Part shown: positions 42,151-55,801 of the stretch, in pieces
Layout: each line of letters starts with the position of its first letter
How positions within the stretch are numbered: the stretch's first letter is position 1
Assembly: GCF_000143415.4 (NCBI RefSeq)
Contig: NW_003314361.1
Span: 531,697 to 595,696, forward strand
Origin: Selaginella moellendorffii
Lineage: Eukaryota; Plantae; Lycopodiophyta
DNA length: 64,000 bases
Direction of reading: 5' to 3'
Notes under the pieces: model-generated
Database searches by the model: none
Told to the model about the DNA's origin: nothing
What the model saw: the letters and a program-made list of their open reading frames with translations, nothing else
Translations under genes and position numbers: made by a program

Positions 42151-43587
42151 CCTCCGTCGATATGAGTCTAGATGCGAATCAGGATCTGGCGGCTAATGTA
42201 AAACCAATTTCTGTACAATATATCGGTTAGAAAAACAAATTTATATTAACAATTCGATAAAAGTGGTAATGACCAAGAGCAACTGTCAAATTACCCTTGA
42301 CTTCCATCTGCACAACCATGAGATAAGGTTGGAGCGCAGAGCAATAGGGCAGCATTTCGTTTTCAGAGAAATACTTTATTCTTGGATGATTGTCTTTGCA
42401 TGTGTCCTGGGAAATCTCTTCTGAGAGCGTCATTGTCATCCTTGTCATTGAGCTGGCTAAAGAGCAAGGCTAAAAGATCTCAGAGCTTGAGCGATAGTAA
42501 TTCTGTAGATGTTTGTGAGTGAAAAATGGCCTCAGATTTGAGACAGTTTAACTCACTCAGTATCATCTGGAAGATCAATATCAGGAAAGGTTCCTGAGCT
42601 AGGTTTGTTAATTTTATGGATTTGGTACTTCATTGATACTTGTATAATGCCTTGTTCAGTTGAATGTTTTATGTGTTTATGCTGGCTAATCCCACAGAAC
42701 ACGGCATTATGCTTTTGGTCATTTAATGCAGAAGTTTGTAGATGGCGGATCCTGTCATAGAGTAAAATTGATAGAGTCTTCACCATTTATCTTATGTTTC
42801 TTCATGGATAAATGCCTAAACTTTGGCATTCCCGAGTCTTAGAAGAGCTAGCAAGCCACACAGTTTGATCGATTGTTGCCTCCAAACAAAGGTCTCTCTT
42901 TCGTTGCTACATGTTTGCAACAACTGAGTTAAAACAGAAACCCACAATATTACCTGCATGACACTGACAGTCCTGGTTGAGCAATCATCCTCAGAGCAGC
43001 TGGAAGTTTGGATGCTCTCAAATGAAATAGATTATGCAATCTAACAACCCCTAGGTTGAGAGGTTTGAGATTGATCCCAAAGTTCTCAATAGCTTCCTCA
43101 ACTTTCTGACCTCCAACATGCTCCCCAACGTTGCCATTGGCACATTTTCTTGAGCTATAGTCCAAGCTCTCTTCATGCATATGGTAAATTCTTTTGGAAT
43201 TTTGACAACTTGGAGCTGTAGTCCAGTTGAAGAGGAGCTTCACAGGTGGCTAGGAATATGGCAAGCTTTAGGTGGTTAATCGCAAGCCACTTAAATGAGT
43301 ACTTGTATCCTAGGGAGATCTTAGCACAGCTCAAGGGGCACCAAAGGCTCCAATTCTGCAGCAGGAACCATTAGAAGATCTTTCCTTAGATGGTGACTAA
43401 GTAAGACACTATTGAGAGCATGATAGTTACCAGCATGATTGCCACCACCTCATCACTACCAGGAGGAGAGTGGTATAATGCCATTGTGCCTGGCCATTAC
43501 GTGCTCAAAATCTGCACGTTAGGAATATTCTTGGTGCCATCACTTTGTCTGGAAAGTCTCGGTGCTATGCCCCGCATGTCCCATGCA

Positions 43588-43662
43588 AAAAATATTATGC
43601 ACACAATCAAGTTTAGATTGTTATTATAGCAATCCAAATGTAATTGTGTGCATAATATTTTT
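43588..43662. repeat. Near-perfect inverted repeat (hairpin)
   Basis: AAAAATATTATGCACACAAT (43588-43607) and ATTGTGTGCATAATATTTTT (43643-43662); inner segment also largely pairs. Confidence 0.85.
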
Positions 43663-44282
43663 GTATGCAATTGAAAATAAAAATATATATCTGCATATGT
43701 GCATATTCAAAATATTGTAAATTAAAAAATAACTGAAATAATAAGAACATAAATATAGAATATTCAAAAATTTAAAAAGTATTTAGTATTCATTTCTAGT
43801 TAAAATAACTCTCTGATTCTTTACTAGCATCAATTGATAAAAATGCTATCAAACTGTGATTTTATCTAATCAAGCTATGAGAAGCAAAGATCTCCTCATC
43901 TGCTTCACAATAGGAATCCCCACAAGCCTCTTGAGGACCTGATCTATCATATTCTGCAAATAATATTCTCATAGTATGGATTTTTTTCAACTCATGAAAA
44001 ACATTTTTGCAGATCCCTTTCTCAAAGCTGCTACCAATGTATATTTTAGAGGACTATTAATCCATAAGAAGATTGCTACAAAAGTCATTTAATGTAAATC
44101 CAGTTTAAAATGCTCTTACTAGAAGAACATTCAGCATGCATCTAAATAATATTGTAAAATCCATCCAACAAAGTAGTAATAAGACATTCAATACAGAGAT
44201 TTGTCAAATTTACAGCTAAAAATGTACTGTTTCAATCTCCAAAAACTGATTTTTTTGTCTTCTCATTGTCCATGGATCATCA

Positions 44283-47200
44283 TCAAGATGGTGCCAGTTG
44301 CGTTGTCTCAAGCATGATGTTGAGCTTTTGCCTGTGACGATTGGAGTTCGTGGAAGCGTCCCATGGCATCCGCTGCAGTGGCTTGAGCAAGCTTGGATTG
44401 GCGAGAAATCCCCCGGTGCGCTGGAAGTTGAGAAGCTTAGACCGGAACTGTGCCTTCATGCTCTCGGACACTCCCATGGTTTTCTTGAGCGGGATGGACT
44501 TGGCCGACGACCTGTCGTGCTCCCATCTGTGCGTGAGGAAGCTCGACGCCAGCGTCGTCATCTCGTGGAGCGTCATGGGGAGCGCGTTGGCGTTCTTGAG
44601 CGCCAGAGCTCGTCCCTGGTGTCTCTGGCAGTGAGCACACTTGGTCTCGGCTGGAAGTCCGCTCACGCTCTTGACGTAGCCCCGGGTGGTGAAGCAGTGA
44701 TCCTGGTGGTCGTGTTGGTGGCGATGGTGGTGGTGGTGGTGGTGGTGCTGCTGCTGCTGCTGCTGCTGCTGCCCGATGGTGCTACCTTTAAGCTTCTTGG
44801 TGGTGAAGAAGTCCGAGATGGTCTTGCTGCCGAAACCAAGTGTGTGATCATGCTGCTGCTGCTGGGGAGAGTTTGACGACGTTGTTTCCAGCTCCGACGA
44901 GTGCTCCCTGCGATGGTGGATCGGGATCTTCGGGCATGGCTGTGCTTCCACCCGGGGAAAGAGAATGTCGTTGAGTGTCGTGGTGGCCTCGTCCACTGCC
45001 GAGCTTCGAGCTGAGGCTGAGTCCGGCCTTCTCCCGCCAACTCGCTCCGGTATCTCGTCGAAGAGCTCCACCAGCCTTTGCACGCTTTCTTCCCGATCGC
45101 CTGGAGCTTCCTCGACTTCCACTTGGACAATCTCTTCCTCCACCTCCATCGCTCTCGACTTTGGCGTCGACGTCGCGGGAGAGGTGATGGGAGATCCAAC
45201 CAGTGACATTGCCATGGACACGGAAGAAGTTCCCAGGGAGACTGTCGGCGATGGCGATTTCTTTCCGAGCCTGCTCGACGAGCGCTTGACAGTGGTCGTC
45301 CTGGTTGTGGTTGTGGTGGTGGCGGTCATCGTCGTGGTCGTGGTTGTCACGGTTTGTCCATCGTTTCTCACTCGGCAAGCAGCGGCGGCGGCGGCAGCGG
45401 CAGCAGCAGCAGTAGCACGTTGGCTCAGTGCCTCTTTCCTCAGGATCGCTACGTTCTTGGCCGCTTCACGAGCTCTCTTTCGCAGCTCCATCTCCGCCCG
45501 CCGCTTCTCAGCCTCCTGCCTCACCACCTCTTCCTGCCTCTTCTCCTCCTGGACTTTGGCTATCTCTTTCTTCACTTTCATGTCAAAAGAGTGCGTGAAG
45601 AGCTCGGAAGCTCCGGCTAGGCACCGGTCGTAAAACTTTTGCAAGTTGGCTTCCTCGGTCGGGTAGATCATGTCGAAGCTGCCCCTGGTTTCGCCCTCGA
45701 CGTGGTTCTCGCAAGTTTCCTTTGTACTGACTTCCTCGGCTACGTCAGAATCTTCGCATTCCTCGACCAGCTTCCCATAGAGCCTGAGCTGCGAGTCCCG
45801 TCTCTCTTCCATCTTAACTTTGCTCATTCCTGTGGGATCGATGTTGACGAGCTTCAGAGTGTCGAGGATAAGTGCCTCCTTCACCATGTAGTCCAGCGGA
45901 GTGTCTATAGAAAACGAAGGAGAATGGTTCACCTAGAGAAATCTCCCAGTCAAAAACTCGTGCTCGGCAAAAGTAAAAGCTCGGTTACACTACCTCTAGC
46001 AGCCATGGCTTGCACTTCTCGTCGACAAGAACATCCAAGCCAAGCAGCTCAAAACACGAGCGTCCATTGTCGTCCTCGTTGAGGCACGTCTTGTAGCTGT
46101 GAGCGAGAACTGGGACGATGGCGATGACGGTCAAGACCACCATCCTTTTGATCTGCTCGTAGAGCTGATTGGTGTCAAAGCCCTCCGCCGCCAAAGCCTT
46201 GAACAACGCAGTGAGTGTCCACTTGCTACCTTTGTTCACTTCGGTGGTACTGCTGTTAAACTCAAACTTGGAGCTGTACTTGTTGAGCGAGTAGTTCGTG
46301 AGGTGCATCCGGCTCACTTTGATGTTCTTGTGGTCGGGCTTCATGTACTTCTCCGTGCAAAATCGAGCCAAGCCTTCTCTGCAAATGCAAACGATGGATT
46401 CAGCCATGGAACAACGTATAGAAAACACAGGACGACTTACCTGTACAAGTAAAGTCGCAGTGGATTGCACGACAGTATCAACACGTAAATCCGCAAATCA
46501 AACTTGTAGCCATTGAGCAGCATCGGCTTGGTGAGGTACTTCTGTGCCACGAAGTTTGCTCCATGCAGACCTTTCATGGCGTTCTTCACCTCGTCGGAAG
46601 TTTGGACGAGAACAACGCCTCGGCCCTGTGGAGAGGACGAGATCAAATGGCAGATCTTCACGCTATAGAATTCAAAGAAAGAGAGAGTTAAGTTACCATG
46701 GAGCCAGTGTCGGGCTTGAGAATGTAAGTTCGCGGCTTGGGAGTGTTAAATCTTGCCATGAACTGCGTGAGCTGGTTGGGGAGGATGAAAGCGCGCGGGA
46801 AGAACTTATATGCTGCAGGAAAGATCCTGTAGACATAGAATATCAAAGTGCCTGAGCAAAGCAACAGTTACCGACGATCACGGAAGAAACGAGCAAATAG
46901 TTCTCTAACTCTTAAAGAGATTGTCAAAGCAAAAGCTTGCGAAACATGAACGAGAACTTACTTGCGCATCATGGAGAGGTTGCGAGCCAGCGCCTTCTTG
47001 CGGCAAATCTCCAGCATTCCCACGAAATGGTTGATCTTCTGGCCGCGCTTGAGCATCATGAGCTTGTCGGGACCGATCGAACAATCTGTTCTTCCAAGAG
47101 AGAAGAAAACGAGCGTGAGATGAGTTTCGCGAAGAAAACGATGGAGCTAGCTCGAGATCACCTGTCCAGATGAGATGCCATGGCTTGCTATCATCGGTGG

Positions 47201-47378
47201 TCACCTCCCAGCCCAGCTTTCGCAGCACGATGCGAAGGATTTGATAGCGGCAGCACGAGAGATCCACGCGAATGTAGCCACACACGGCCTTCTTCTTCTT
47301 CTTCCTCCTCTTCTTCTTCCTCTTGGAGTTGAGACCCGGGGCGACGATGGCCAGCGGCATCTCACTCCTGGCTCTCAT
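44283..47378 (-). CDS. TTLL6: Tubulin polyglutamylase, TTLL6/TTLL13-like, multi-exon; start approximate
   Basis: WHLIWTD, QKINHFVGMLEICRKKALARNL, YKFFPRAFILP, YILKP, QGRGV, VAQKYLTKPMLLNGYKFDLRIYVL, EGLARFCTEKY, MHLTNYSLNK, CFELLGLDVLVD, PWLLEVNHSPSF. Confidence 0.85.
44714..44771 (-). repeat. Coding trinucleotide repeats (polyQ-polyH)
   Basis: (CAG)8 followed by (CAC)n in the TTLL tail; polyA and polyT runs also at about 45290-45415. Confidence 0.9.
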
Positions 47379-47727
47379 CGCGGGCGCCCAATTGGATCAG
47401 CATGCCCGGCCAGGGCATGAGCTCGATCGATCCATGATCAGCAGCAGTAGCCACTGGGTGAAACCGCCGATCCTCTGGGAAAACGCTTGGGGTTCTTCAC
47501 GCACCCCATCGCCCCCCAAGCATTCACTGTGCTGTGGACTTGGATCGCGCAGCCAATCACCGCCGCCACGCTTGGCATCTCTCCCTCCCATCGCTCGCCG
47601 CCCACGCCTCGAAGGGCTGCTATGCCGGCCGAATCTGACGTGGCGCTTCCGGCGCCCACGGTGGACGCCACCTGGCGCCGCCACGTCCGCCCTAATGTTT
47701 TAAAACCCTAGCTTAGCGCTGCGAGCT

Positions 47728-49274
47728 ATGGAGGCGGGGAAGCACCGCGAGGAAGGGAATGCGCTCTTCAAGTCGGGGAACTATCTCAAGGCGGCGGCGG
47801 TCTACACGCAGGCGATCAAGGCCGATCCCGGCAATGCCACGCTCTACAGGTAAGAAACGGGCTGGATTCTTCTTCGATCGCGTCATTCGTTTTCGTTCTT
47901 GGTGCGCAACTGCAGCAATCGCTCGGCGGCGTTTCTAAATCTTCTCAAAGTTACCAAAGCTCTCGCGGACGCTGAGACGACCGTCAAGCTCAATCCGACA
48001 TGGGAAAAGGTTCTTGCATTCTTTCTTCTTTCCCAAGTTGGAGTGGATCATCTTGCAACTCTTGTCCCGTTCATTCATTATAGTAGCGCTTCAAGGATTT
48101 GTGCTTGAGTGGATCATCTTGCAACCATCAGTCATTCATTCTAGTATGACTTCAAAGATTTTTATTTGAGTGGATGATCTTGCTTGCATTTCATTCATTC
48201 ATTCTAGTAGCGCTTCAAGGATTTTTTCTTGAGTGGATCATCTTGCAACGATCACTCGTAAAACAATGCCTCCGGTGTTTCTACAGGGGTATTTCAGGAA
48301 AGGGTCGGCACTAGAAGCCATGGATCGCTACGATGATGTAAGCTTTACGTTCTTTGTGCCTCGATACTTATTGATGCCTTCGCTTGCGCAGGCGCTTGTT
48401 GCGTACCGAGAAGCCTTGGAACAAAATCCCCAGAGCGCAGAAGTTGCCAGTAAAATCAAAAGGCTCTCGCAGTTGATCAGAGACAGAAAACGTGCCAAAG
48501 AGAAACTGGCAAAATCAAACGGGACTACGACAAGCTCGGCACTGGAGAAGATCAAGACCGAGTTTGTGAGTATAGAATTCCCCTCTACACTACAGTCTTT
48601 AATTTTCGATTTGGCAGGGCGACACAGATATCGAGAAAAAGTCTTACAACTTTGTCAAGGAAGTTATTGAATCGGGCATGAGGGAATGGAGCGAAAACCA
48701 TGGAAAACTAGATCCAGCTGTTCGTTTCTCCGTCGGGAATCCCCCAAAGCCACCAGCTGAAGAGGTTGCAACGCTCGTCTCGATTTCCAAGGTATACACG
48801 AAGCTCTTCTTCCTCGTTCTCAAACTGACTTTCGTTTGTTTTAAGGCGTTCGAGTCTCCGGACACATTGTCCAGTTGTGTGTCCTTTCTACGACAGTATG
48901 CCGTAGATACAGCTTCAGAGTGCGCTTGCGTGGTGGTGTCAAAAGCAAGCATCGCCTATCCACAGGTAAGAAGAAGTTCTGTGTTTTTGAGACTTCAGCT
49001 TGTAAAAAAACGATCTTTTACTCACAGGTGTGGAAGGGCCAAGGCAGTCGGAAGTGGAAACACACACAGTCAGACGGATTCTTCGTACAATTGGAGGCAC
49101 CGTCGCTGAGAAGAGCGTGGTTTATTTCTAGTTTTGTTGACAAGGGGCAGACAATTTGCAGGTAGAAGCTTAGCGATTTCCTTATCTGCGCTAATAAAAC
49201 CTGTATTCTCTTGCAGGGACATCGAATCTCTTGATATCGATTTGCATGCAGTCATGGCTCCGCTTTTTAGATAG
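47728..49274 (+). CDS. Conserved plant TPR-repeat protein, multi-exon
   Basis: EEGNALFKSGNYLKAAAVYTQAIKADP, SNRSAAFL, NPTWEKGYFRKG, AFESPDT, WKGQGSRKWKH; telo-box at 47703. Confidence 0.9.
48041..48250 (+). repeat. Intronic minisatellite, about 61-66 bp unit, about 3.3 copies
   Basis: gagtggat(c/g)atcttgc at 48041, 48107, 48168 and 48231; ttcattcatt..agta and ttcaa.gatt in each full unit. Confidence 0.85.
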
Positions 49275-51058
49275 TGTATTCAACTTGCTACGGACGAGTT
49301 TTAACCCCGCGTGTACAATCACTCAAACTGGTGCTGCTTCTCGGCAAAGAGATGGAATGATCAACGAGGCAACGAGAAGCAAAGAAAAAAACCTGTGAGT
49401 AGTTTCAAAGTTTTCTCTTGGATCGGATATGGCTTAGAATTAAGAGTGAAAAGGAGGGGATGGACCCGAGATGGAGATGGTGTGCCCGACACCATCGTCA
49501 CGCAGTGACAAGCGACGAGCTGTTGAGCTTGGTTAAGCGGTCAATTTGCCAACAAGCTCTCTTTGTTTGCGTAGCTCGAGTGCCACAATCAGCTGGAAGG
49601 AGTGGGATAAGCAAGCAAAGAAACAAGCAAGCAAGACGAACAAGACGATGAGCTCTCAAGCGAGAAGAGAAAGAAGAAAAAACTATGGCAGAGCTTTGAT
49701 CCGTGAGCCATGTTGGTTGGCTTGTCTCCATCGCTAGCGCTATTCGAAGATTAAGATTTTGGACATCCATGCCATGTCTCTATAAAAAATCGATTTTTTC
49801 TCTGAGGAGGTCCTCTAAAGTATAGAGGAACGTACGTGAGTCCTCATTTATTAGCTGGGCGCCGTCAGATCTTAAGACAGGAGAGAGATCCTGGGCCGTT
49901 AAATAAGATGAGACAGCAAAGCGCCGCGTGGCACCATCTGGGGTTTTAGGGTCGTCGTCGTCGTCGCGGGGCATCTTCTTGGCGGGCGCGCATCATCCTG
50001 GACGCGATCGATCGCATTTCACTCGCCAGCGATCGATCCATCGCATTGGTGAGTTGATGATCCCCCTCCCGGAGTGAGTAACGCGGGATGGCGATCTTCC
50101 GCGATTCCTTTCTTTGCGATCATGGATTTCGCGTGTGTGCTTGCTTGCTTGTGCTTGTTTGAGAGCTAGCTAGGTCGCGCTAGGCGTAGTGCTTGTGCCG
50201 TGATGCGATCATACATCCAACGCATTGCACAGTGTGTGTGTGTCTGTGTGTGTGCGCTTTCAAGCTTTGCTAGTATTGAGCCAACTTAGTCTAAAGTTTG
50301 TCGCTGGGAGGTGGGGTCTCTAGCGCACAGACTGTACACAGTGTGTGAGCGTGTGCGCAGTTTTCTCTCCTTTTGTGTGCGCGTTTTCTCGTTGAATCTT
50401 CTCTGGCTGCTGGCTAAAATTTTTTCTCCTTCTTTCTTCTATCGCAGTGACAAAAAAGTTTGTAGCTGGCTTGCTCGCTCGCTCGCTCGCTCCTTCCTTT
50501 TGATTTGAGTGATTGTTTGTGTCAGTCGTGGCTACTTCTTCCCGATTTCGCATTGGGTGTCAGGTCAACGTGCTACAGGGCGCTTGCATACCAAATTCCT
50601 TTTTTTTTCTCGAGTCTCTTCTTCTTCCTTGCTTTGCCTTGCTTTGCCTTGCTTGTATGTAGAAATGGTATGTATATAGGCTTTCTTTGTTTCTATGTGT
50701 CCTGAGCTAGGAACACTAGGCGTGGTGGTGATAAAGAGTTTTTTGTTAGCGGTTTGTCGCGTCAAGGGAGATGCTCTCTACAGTAGCCTGATTCGTGTAA
50801 GCTCTGTAGACTATTTCTCCTCTCCTTTCTCGGTCTGTCTTTCCCAATTCTTGTGGTGTGAAGGTGAAGGGGTCTAGATCTGGTTTGTCTCCCTCATTCT
50901 GTTTCGTCGCGCTTGAGCTTGGTGCAAGTTCTCTCCGCTGTCTTCTTCATGGTACGTTTTCCTCTTCTTGTACTGGCTCGGCCGAGATCTTGCGGACGAA
51001 TTTGACGCTTGCTTTGCTCCGCGGTTGCAGTGACCACTGCTGAAGTCGCAGCGCTGCT

Positions 51059-52467
51059 ATGGGTGGATCACAGAAGTTGTTCCAATCGCTTGGAATCATC
51101 AAAGTCAAAAGCTCATCTGAGGAAAATGTAAGACCTCTTCTTCCTTCTTGCAATTTTGTCTTTGGCACTGTCTCTGAGCACCAAATTGCTGGCTAGAGAT
51201 GGCTGACATCTTGCAACAATCATTAATGTTCTCCCTGACTTAAATTTTCTTTGCAGCAGAAGAAGCCGAAGAAGGCCAAGGGAAGAAAATGGAAGTTCTG
51301 GAAATCGTCTATCCATGCCACAGATGACAAGCCGCAGGTGGTGGTGAGGAAACCCGATTTTCCCCATGGTTCTCAGGACTGGGCTGCCGTTGTTATCCAG
51401 ACGGCCTTTCGCGGATATATGGTAAGCACAGTAGCTGCTTGAGTTTCCTGCTCATCTCTTGGATTTCCAGGCTCGGAGAACGCTCCGTGCCATTAAAGGT
51501 GTCATTCGGTTGCAAGCGCTCGTCCGTGGTCGCACCGTCAGAAAGCAAGCTTCCATCACGCTTCGGTGCATGCAGACTCTGGTCAAGGTCCAACGCGCTC
51601 GCCAGACGCGACTTCACGAAGCGTCCACAATGCGTACCATAACTCATCGCCCGATTCCAACCGACAAGACTCCAGAGGTCTGCTTTCGCTTCCTGTTGTA
51701 GCAACTTTGAGATGAGCGTGTCTCGTTCTCGCAGAAAGGATGGGCTGATGGAGTTCGCACGAAGGAAGAAATGAAGACAAGGATCCAGCAGAAGCACGAA
51801 GCGGCTGTGAAGCGCGAGCGCGCCTTGGCGTATGCTTTCTCACATCAAGTAAGTCACAAGCTAAAGATGTTGTTTTGATTGACTCCTTTCGCAGTGGAGG
51901 GCTCATCCTCGACCACCAACGAAAGGCGCGGAGAATCCTGAATGGGAGTGGGGGTGGCTGGAGCGTTGGATGGCTTCACGCCCCTGGGAGAATCACACCG
52001 TGGAGGAAGTTCTAAAGAATGGAGTCCACAGCAAGAGCTCCGTGCAACCGCCGAGCAAGAGTCCCAAGGAGAGCGAATGCGTTGACTCGCCAAAGAGCGT
52101 CCAATCTAACAGTAAGTTCCAGCCGACACCGGCCTCCGAGATAAGCTCGCCAGCGTCCGTCAAGGTCACTTCCACTCCAGGCAGGACGACGAGCAATGGC
52201 TACACCAATTACGTGGTGGTGAACGGGGTCGAGAAACCGGTGGTCAAGTCGAGGTACATGAATCCCAGGAAAACTCCAGGCACTCCGGACCAGAGCAAAG
52301 ATCGACCATCCAGCCTTCCAAAGCAGAGACCATCAAGCGAGGATCTTGAGTTCCAAAAGAAGCGGCTCTCACTCCCAACACCCAAGATCAAGGCTCTCAA
52401 CAAAGAAGTGACTACTCCCACAAAGTCTCCGGTGGTGACGCCCAAGAAGGCTACCATGGTGCTGTAA
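51059..52467 (+). CDS. IQD: IQ67-domain (IQD) calmodulin-binding protein
   Basis: [13 protein letters not shown]|[62 protein letters not shown]. Confidence 0.93.
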
Positions 52468-52850
52468 GCTAGCTCCGCGTCCTCCTCAGGTACGAAGCTC
52501 CAGAGATTTGCTTCCTCTTCTCTACTCGCTGGTCGTCACAGTAGCTATCAATCATGTTTTCACTAACAGGAGCTCGAGAGATTTGTGTCCTTTGGAGCTG
52601 TGCCAAGCACTCACGATCAAGGATAAAAAGAAAGGCACACAAGATAGAGTTTTGCGTGGGATTTGATTGATCGATAGCTCTCTCTCTGTCTCTTTTGTGT
52701 AATTTGCTTTTTTTTTTAAGTGGCTTTTGTAAATACAAGAAGAATGTTCCTTTAAAGAAGAATTCTGGTAACTAACTGCTATCGTTCAGCCGGCATGGCG
52801 GTTGCCACCACTGGAACGCTTCACATGAATTACCGTTACTCACCGACGAG

Positions 52851-52858
52851 TATAAAAA
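52851..52858 (+). promoter_or_regulatory. TATA box of alpha-tubulin
   Basis: TATAAAAA about 100 bp upstream of the ATG. Confidence 0.55.
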
Positions 52859-52909
52859 CTGGTCAGGCGAAGAGGAGAAGAGCTCCTGTTAGTTCCAAGT
52901 GTCTGCTGA

Positions 52910-54498
<1,589 letters not shown>

Positions 54499-54526
54499 CT
54501 AGACCAGCTTTCGTTGTAGAGAACCG

Positions 54527-55708
54527 CTATTTCTTGAAGCTCTTCTTCTTCACGTAAACCGTAAAGCTACCTGGAAACTCGTAAGTTCCATCTCTCAGCT
54601 CCCTCTGCGTCTTGTAGAACCAGTCCATCTTGATGTTGTCGATGGGTATCGTCGTGCAATCTGTACCCGGTCCCATCTTTCTGGCCTTCACCACCCTGTA
54701 AGCGTAGAGCAGCACGTCGATGTCCGAGATATACTCGATCGTGTTCCTGTAAATCCCATCCGCATCCGGCTTCATGGTCGACAGCTTCGCTTTCACTCGC
54801 TCGATGTGAGGATCCGAGGAGAAGAAGCGAGGCGTGTAGTCGTACTTGTTTGCGATCCTCAAGTACTTGTCTAGCTCCCCGCGGAAGTATCTCATCCTCT
54901 CCTCGCTGGTGGCGTTCTTGGGCATCGTCTTGTAGTGCAAGCTCTCGTTGGGATTGGGATCCAGTCCACTTCGTTGGCCCTTGGGACGATCCCTCACAAA
55001 GTCGAGATCTTCGTCCTTGACATCCGTGGTCATGCTAAACTGGCGCTTGAGCTCGGCCCACTTGTCGAAAGGTATGTCCCCTCGCAGCTTCTCAACGTCG
55101 AAGTCATCAACGTCCAAGTCGTCGTCCTTCTTCCTCTTCTTCGGCATGGAATCGTGTTGCTTCTTCATCTCGATCCAGTCCTCGTACGAAACTCCAGCTC
55201 TCGCGAACGGCGAGAACTTGTAGTCCGTCGAGAAGGAGTAATCCACGTCCTCGTCGTCCTCCGTGTCCACCTCCGAGTCCGAGCTGGGCTTGTAATTCTT
55301 GTCGAAAAAGCCGTAGAACTTTGTCTCGGTGGTGGGCTTCGGGAACTCGTAAGTTGGATCCAGATTCTTGGCGCCGTCCGGATCCTCGTCCCATACCTCG
55401 GGATCGATATCCAAGTCCTCATCGTCGTCCACTTCCTCTTCTTCATCGAAATCCTCGCTATCGCTACGCGAGTAGCTGCGGGAAAAACCTGGAATAAAGA
55501 AAATCCATATCTAAGGCCGGATCAAAAATTTCTTCACGCATACCGAGTGATAGAGACGATGGAATCGTGGCGATCGCGCCGCGCATGGACCTGTGCGGCT
55601 AATCCATTCAGACCTAGGCGCTAGAAAATCCGAAAAGCTGCTCGCTTACCTTGCGATCGACAATGTAGGGCGATAGCGCCATGGAAGTCGCCATAGCCGC
55701 GCTAGCAT
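54527..55708 (-). CDS. Putative mitochondrial 355-aa protein: presequence, acidic region, C-terminal group II intron maturase RT0/RT1-like module
   Basis: Exons 55708-55650, 55590-55544 and 55488-54527 join in frame (1068 nt, GT-AG introns of 59 and 55 nt). Starts MLARLWRLPWRYRPTLSIARSMRG...FSRSYS; ends DGIYRNTIEYISDIDVLLYAYRVVKARKMGPGTD...IDNIKMDWF...LRDGTYEFPGSFTVYVKK. Confidence 0.8.
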
Positions 55709-55724
55709 TGAGCTTGGCGAAATA

Positions 55725-55801
55725 AAACCCTACACCCTCTCTTCCCTGCCACGTCGGAGGCTATCCAAATTGCTAATAGGCAATCCTCAAGTCCACGTGG
55801 C
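55725..55801. promoter_or_regulatory. Bidirectional promoter elements: telo-box and G-box
   Basis: AAACCCTA at 55725, GCCACGT at about 55748 and CCACGTGGC at about 55793, between divergent ATGs at 55708 and 55962. Confidence 0.5.

Noticed and set aside
42200-43560. Possible transposase or gene relic in a CpG-poor tract
   Set aside because: No recognisable motif in any frame I could read; left unassigned
48041-48250. CRISPR-like regular repeats
   Set aside because: The 'spacers' resemble each other, the site is a eukaryotic intron, and there are no cas genes
49477-49497. GATGGTGT-GCCCG-ACACCATC mini hairpin
   Set aside because: An 8-bp stem is expected by chance in 64 kb
55682-55694. Alternative ATGs for the maturase-like gene
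   Set aside because: Out of frame with exons 2-3 under the GT-AG model; only ATG 55708 gives a continuous frame and a presequence
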